This document shows, one piece after another, positions 59,769-64,000 of a DNA stretch of 64,000 bases. Each line of letters begins with the position of its first letter. Positions within the stretch are counted from its first letter, which is position 1. This DNA comes from Podospora anserina (Eukaryota), in assembly GCA_017654855.1 (NCBI GenBank), contig CM030332.1, forward strand, positions 7,750,001 through 7,814,000, given 5' to 3'. The notes under the pieces were generated by a model that saw only the letters and a list, made by a program, of their open reading frames with translations, was not told where the DNA came from and did no database searches. The position numbers and the translations under genes were made by a program.

Positions 59769-60683
59769 GATGGGTCGGTGGAGGCGGGCGGCGGCGGCGA
59801 GGGCTTCGGATTGGGAGCCTGTAGGGGAGGTGGGGGATTTGGGAGGCTGGCTTTCGGTGTTGCCAGCCTCGGTGGGAGAGTTGGAAGCCAGGTTGGGCGA
59901 GTCAGTGGGAAAGCTCCCTTGTTGAAGGGGAGCTTGTGGCTAGCTGTGAGGGGGTTGGTGTGGTTTGGGTGAGGGGTTGCAGATGCGCGCGAAAACAAGG
60001 CCGAAGCTGCGCGCGGTGGTTAGATGCTTCTGGGAGAGCAAGTCAGAGCTGTGCGGTGTTGACCGGTGGTGGTGTAAATGTTGGCGCAAACCGGATCAGA
60101 AAAGTTGGTGGTGGAGGAGGGTTGAGGTCGAAGCGGTGATGTGATGCAAGTGAGCGAGAGCTCGCTCCTCATGCTCGTAAAGTGGTCAGCCAAGCCAAGC
60201 CAAGCTCGCAAGGAACGGGCCATGGAAGGTGGGGTAATTCCCGCCGCTCGACGATCTCGGGTCCGGGATCTGGGCCCATGTTTGCCATGTCACACCCTAT
60301 CTACCAGTGAATATCTCACTATACAGATATTAGTGACTTGGTTATTGTCTGCAGTGGCAGTTCAAAGCACGCGCTTGCTCTCAACATGTCAACAAGAAAC
60401 ACGTCACAGACCACAAAACGCCAAGTACGGAATGGGGCCATGCGGAACGGCTTTTGTGATTGCCAATAGTTGTCCCCGAAAGCGCCCAGAACTCCTTCCC
60501 ATAAGCGCAGGTATAAATCCTCATGAATACAATACACACTCCTATGCGTTTCCCTGATGGCTGTGTAAAAGTACTGTTCAAGCCAGCCTACTCTTTTTGG
60601 CATCCGAAACTCGACCAACCAGTTCGACAAATCTTTCTCATCCAAAGCCCCTCCGCCCTCAACCTCTTGTGCCCAAGCCATAC

Positions 60684-62354
60684 CTATTTGTCCGCAAATT
60701 TCTGGTGAATAGCCCGAATCTGCTCGTCAAGGTTGAAGTTCTGCATCTGGTTCACATGGGCGGTTTCTGGGTTGCCGTCGAACGAGTGCAGTGCAATCTT
60801 CTTTCTCCGTGCCTGCTCCTCCTCCGACAGTGCCTGGCCAGTGGCATTGTCAAACAGGTCACTGCGTTGACTGGCCAAGCGCTTGAGATTATTGGCCACG
60901 TCCACCGTGCTAAGGTTGGTGGTGGCATACCGGGCCTCTGCCTTGGCCTTTTGCTCTTTCCACCGTGGATCGAGGAGTTCAACTACCAGATGTGTTAGTA
61001 CCTGCTGAAAAACAAAGATAACATGGATCAGATGCTCACTTCTCATATGATCATCCATCTCGTTGAGCGGAATCTGCTGCTTGCAGTTGGGGCATATGGC
61101 CGTCTGGGCGCCGATTTTGTTTGCTGCCCTCTGAGCCGCCCGTGGAACGTAATTCTCCTTGATCTTCATGGGCGCGGCGCCACCGCGGGCTTCGGTCTGT
61201 GCCTGTTGCATGCGTAGCCTTTCTTGCTCTCTTTCTCGAATTCTCTGTACCTCATGTTCCTCCTCTGCAGACCTGGATCCTCCAACTGGTTCAGATGAGC
61301 CATACGATGGAGGTGGCGGGGTATTGGCAGCCGGATAGGCAGGCGTTTGGTGAGTTGGTTGCGGCACTGCGGCCGGGGCCTGCACGCCATATACCTGCGG
61401 AGGATAAGCGTTGTAGCTGGTGTCCTCGAATGGGAACGCTTCCTCGATGCGGAGACTGGAGCTGATCGACATCTTGTTCTTCTCTTCCAAAGAAGCATAC
61501 TGGAGATCGTTGAGAGTCGTCGGGGCCGGAAGGGATGCCTGGTCATCGGCTTCGGTAAAAGTGATGGTCTCAACCACGACAAAGTCGTTCCAGTCGATCC
61601 GCGCAAGCTCCTCCTTCTTTTGTTCCTCCTGTTCCTCCTTCTTCGCCTTCTCAGCCTCGGCCCATTTGGCATATTCCGCCCTCTGCTTGGCGCGCGCGAG
61701 CACATGGTATTTGTCGGTAGCACTGCGGCGAAGTTCTTCAACACGGGCTTGGTGCAGCTTGGTGCCTTCGCCATTGACGCCGCTCTCGCGTAGGAGAATT
61801 GAATACTGATCGATGAGGCTCTGGAAGAAGTTGTGGAAAGTGTGGTTGGGAGCCAGGAACTGGAACTGAGGGTTGCCATGCTCACGCTGCGCAAGCTGTG
61901 TCATAAAAGGGCGCCCGTTCTTTGCGACGAACAAGGCAGTTAGTCGCACAATCTCCAAATCTTTCTGGCTCATTCGAGGCATACGGGCTGAGAACTGGAA
62001 GTCGGGAGGCTTCTGAGGCCCCTTTGGCTCTTCCTTCGCTGGCGCAGCATTCTCTCCGACGCGACCAGCCGCCACCGCGGTACCACGGCCGGCCTTGATC
62101 TCCTCTTTCCTCCATTCGTAGTAGGCGTTGTACGGGTCGTCATGCTTCATCAAAAAGCTAAACTTTGGGTTTTTGCCGTGGTTCTCGCGGATGCGCTGTT
62201 CGAGGCCAAGGCCACCGCGCATGACATAGCCAGCCGTCTTCTCGATCGCTTCGCGGATTTCACCCGGTGGTGGGATGATAACTCCTGGCGGCGGCTTGAG
62301 ATTCTCAAGCGCCGCGGCCGCCGATGCAGCCGAGTCTCCGTTTGCAACGGCCAT
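60684..62354 (-). CDS. PRP21: Splicing factor 3A subunit 1 / Prp21 (intron 60983-61039)
   Basis: Two SURP domains (IEKTAGYVMRGG...NPKFSFL; IVRLTALFVAKNG...NPQFQFL), IDWNDFVVVETITF, and CPNCKQQIP...HMRIELLDPRWKEQK. Confidence 0.95.
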   Translation of the reverse strand: MAVANGDSAASAAAALENLKPPPGVIIPPPGEIREAIEKTAGYVMRGGLGLEQRIRENHGKNPKFSFLMKHDDPYNAYYEWRKEEIKAGRGTAVAAGRVGENAAPAKEEPKGPQKPPDFQFSARMPRMSQKDLEIVRLTALFVAKNGRPFMTQLAQREHGNPQFQFLAPNHTFHNFFQSLIDQYSILLRESGVNGEGTKLHQARVEELRRSATDKYHVLARAKQRAEYAKWAEAEKAKKEEQEEQKKEELARIDWNDFVVVETITFTEADDQASLPAPTTLNDLQYASLEEKNKMSISSSLRIEEAFPFEDTSYNAYPPQVYGVQAPAAVPQPTHQTPAYPAANTPPPPSYGSSEPVGGSRSAEEEHEVQRIREREQERLRMQQAQTEARGGAAPMKIKENYVPRAAQRAANKIGAQTAICPNCKQQIPLNEMDDHMRSEHLIHVIFVFQQVLTHLVVELLDPRWKEQKAKAEARYATTNLSTVDVANNLKRLASQRSDLFDNATGQALSEEEQARRKKIALHSFDGNPETAHVNQMQNFNLDEQIRAIHQKFADK

Positions 62355-63259
62355 TTTGATGCAGGTATTTGCAGAATCGATGCGGTGGTTGGAATGATGA
62401 AGAGTAAGAGTTCGCCTATCGAAATTCCTGAACACTGCCAATTGCTATCGGCGCGCGGCAGAGCGCGGGTGGGTTGCGATCAAATGGTCCGTGCGCACAT
62501 TTGGTACTGTACTTTTGACCATCTCAGGGATCATCACATCTTCACATGCAACCTTGACTTTTGATTCACTTCCTGCTTGAGACTTGAACATCTTGCCAGA
62601 TAAGAGAAGGTCAATCCGTCAGGTTCCCCTCACATATCGATGCCAATTTTCTCCATTGCCTGCCCTGACATGTTCCCTTTCAATACGAATACACACGCAG
62701 GGAGAGTGGCTGTGACGCGTCGAAAAATAACTAGTTGGTCCCCAGGGAACGGTGCTAGGCTCTTGCGAGGTTACTTGTGGCCCGTGTTCCGTGCTGTCTG
62801 GGGAATGTCAGCCAATAACAACACGCTACGCCCGTTTTTAACCCAACAGGGGGTTGAGGCCACTTAAGCTACATTGAAATAATTATGGGATGCTTGTCGG
62901 CACGCAGCTTCATCACTGGCGACTGCAACCCCCTTTCCATCTCTTCAGCCTTTTCCGAGGTCAAGTCAGCTACTGAAGACTGACCAAGTCTTTTCTTCTT
63001 CTTCTTCTCGTCCAACTTTTTCTTGCTCTGGACGTGGCCGAGTGCTCTTCACTCGACACTTTTTTTTTCTTGTTCGGAATTCAGCATCCAATGACAGCCT
63101 TGTAATGAAACCTTGACCTTCTCGACTCTCGTTAACTCCCAGTTCCCGGATTGACCAACAACGATCCTGGCGGCTGAATTATCACACCGTCAACAACACC
63201 CCCCGACCCCGATAAGAACTACGATTTCTAGCTAGACATCGTCCTCTCCACCATCGACA

Positions 63260-64000
63260 ATGGCTCGATCGGCAGCCGCAAAAGTGGCATCCGGCCGGGT
63301 ATCCCCTCCCCTGCCACCGAACCCAGCACCTACCCAACCCATCCCAGGCACCATCTCGACAAGCTCGAAGAACAAGAACAAGGGAGCTTCGAAGCGCCCC
63401 AACGACTACACGTCCGAGGGCGTGGCCGATAACGATGTTTTCCTGCTCCCAGGCTCCGATTACCAGCTCTTGCTTGGTATCACCTTCCTGGCCGCTGCGG
63501 TGCGCCTGTTCCGCATCTATCAGCCCACCAGCGTCGTCTTCGATGAGGTCCAGTACGTTTACCACCGATGCCTGCCCAAACTCTCAACATAGAGCTAACC
63601 ATGTGGTCGTTACAGCTTCGGCGGCTTCGCTTCCAAGTATATCAAGGGCAAGTTCTTCATGGACGTCCACCCTCCTCTGGCAAAATTGATGATCACCCTC
63701 TTCGGTTACCTCGCTGGCTTTGATGGAAACTTCGACTTCAAGGAGATTGGCAAGGACTACCTTGAGCCTGGTGTTCCTTATGTCGCCATGCGCTTGTTCC
63801 CTGCTATCTGCGGTATTCTTCTGGCTCCTACCATGTTCCTCACGCTCAAGGCTGCCGGTTGCCGCACCTTCATCGCCGCCATGGGTGCTTGCTTGATCAT
63901 TTTTGGTGGGTACCCTCCTCCTTGGATATGGATGTGGCTACGGACTGGCGGTGGACTGACACTGGGTTGTTACAGAGAACGGTCTGCTTACCCAGGCACG
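63260..64000 (+). CDS. PMT1: Dolichyl-phosphate-mannose protein O-mannosyltransferase, PMT1 subfamily; 5' part, truncated by the window end
   Basis: [31 protein letters not shown] after removing intron 63553-63615. FGGF is typical of PMT1 (PMT2 has WDEAHFGKF; PMT4 has FGKFASYY). Confidence 0.9.

Noticed and set aside
60983-61039. Stop-free 57-nt intron in PRP21 as a regulatory switch
   Set aside because: Strong canonical signals (GTGAGC, ACTAAC, TAG) and a short length make a stop-free 3n intron unremarkable by itself.

Overview
Intron-rich DNA from a filamentous ascomycete. The gene set, splice signals (GTRAGT/GTAYGT...CTRAC...YAG) and RIP-like relics point to Sordariales, probably Podospora-like; this assignment is an inference. 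I reconstructed 15 spliced protein-coding genes by hand: LSM7, PAN3, a UBA-UAS-UBX protein (Ubx3/Dsc5-like), a VHS/GAT protein, a divergent LRR-like protein, a small mitochondrial-type membrane protein, SHB17, a Zn2Cys6 transcription factor (McrA-like), a His-rich SAM methyltransferase, UBP6, ARC19, an RRM protein, RIM2, SNX3, PRP21, plus the 5' part of PMT1. There is an LTR near the left edge, an AT-rich RIP-like relic near 33.6 kb, and about 24 kb of gene-poor DNA around the transcription factor. The strongest unexplained signal is at SNX3. Its stop codon is UGA-C, a leaky context, followed in frame by 112 open, protein-like codons. Its AUG is preceded in frame by a CUG in strong Kozak context, giving a 41-codon extension, with a hairpin just upstream. 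This is a candidate doubly recoded sorting nexin. No tRNA, rRNA or CRISPR features were seen.
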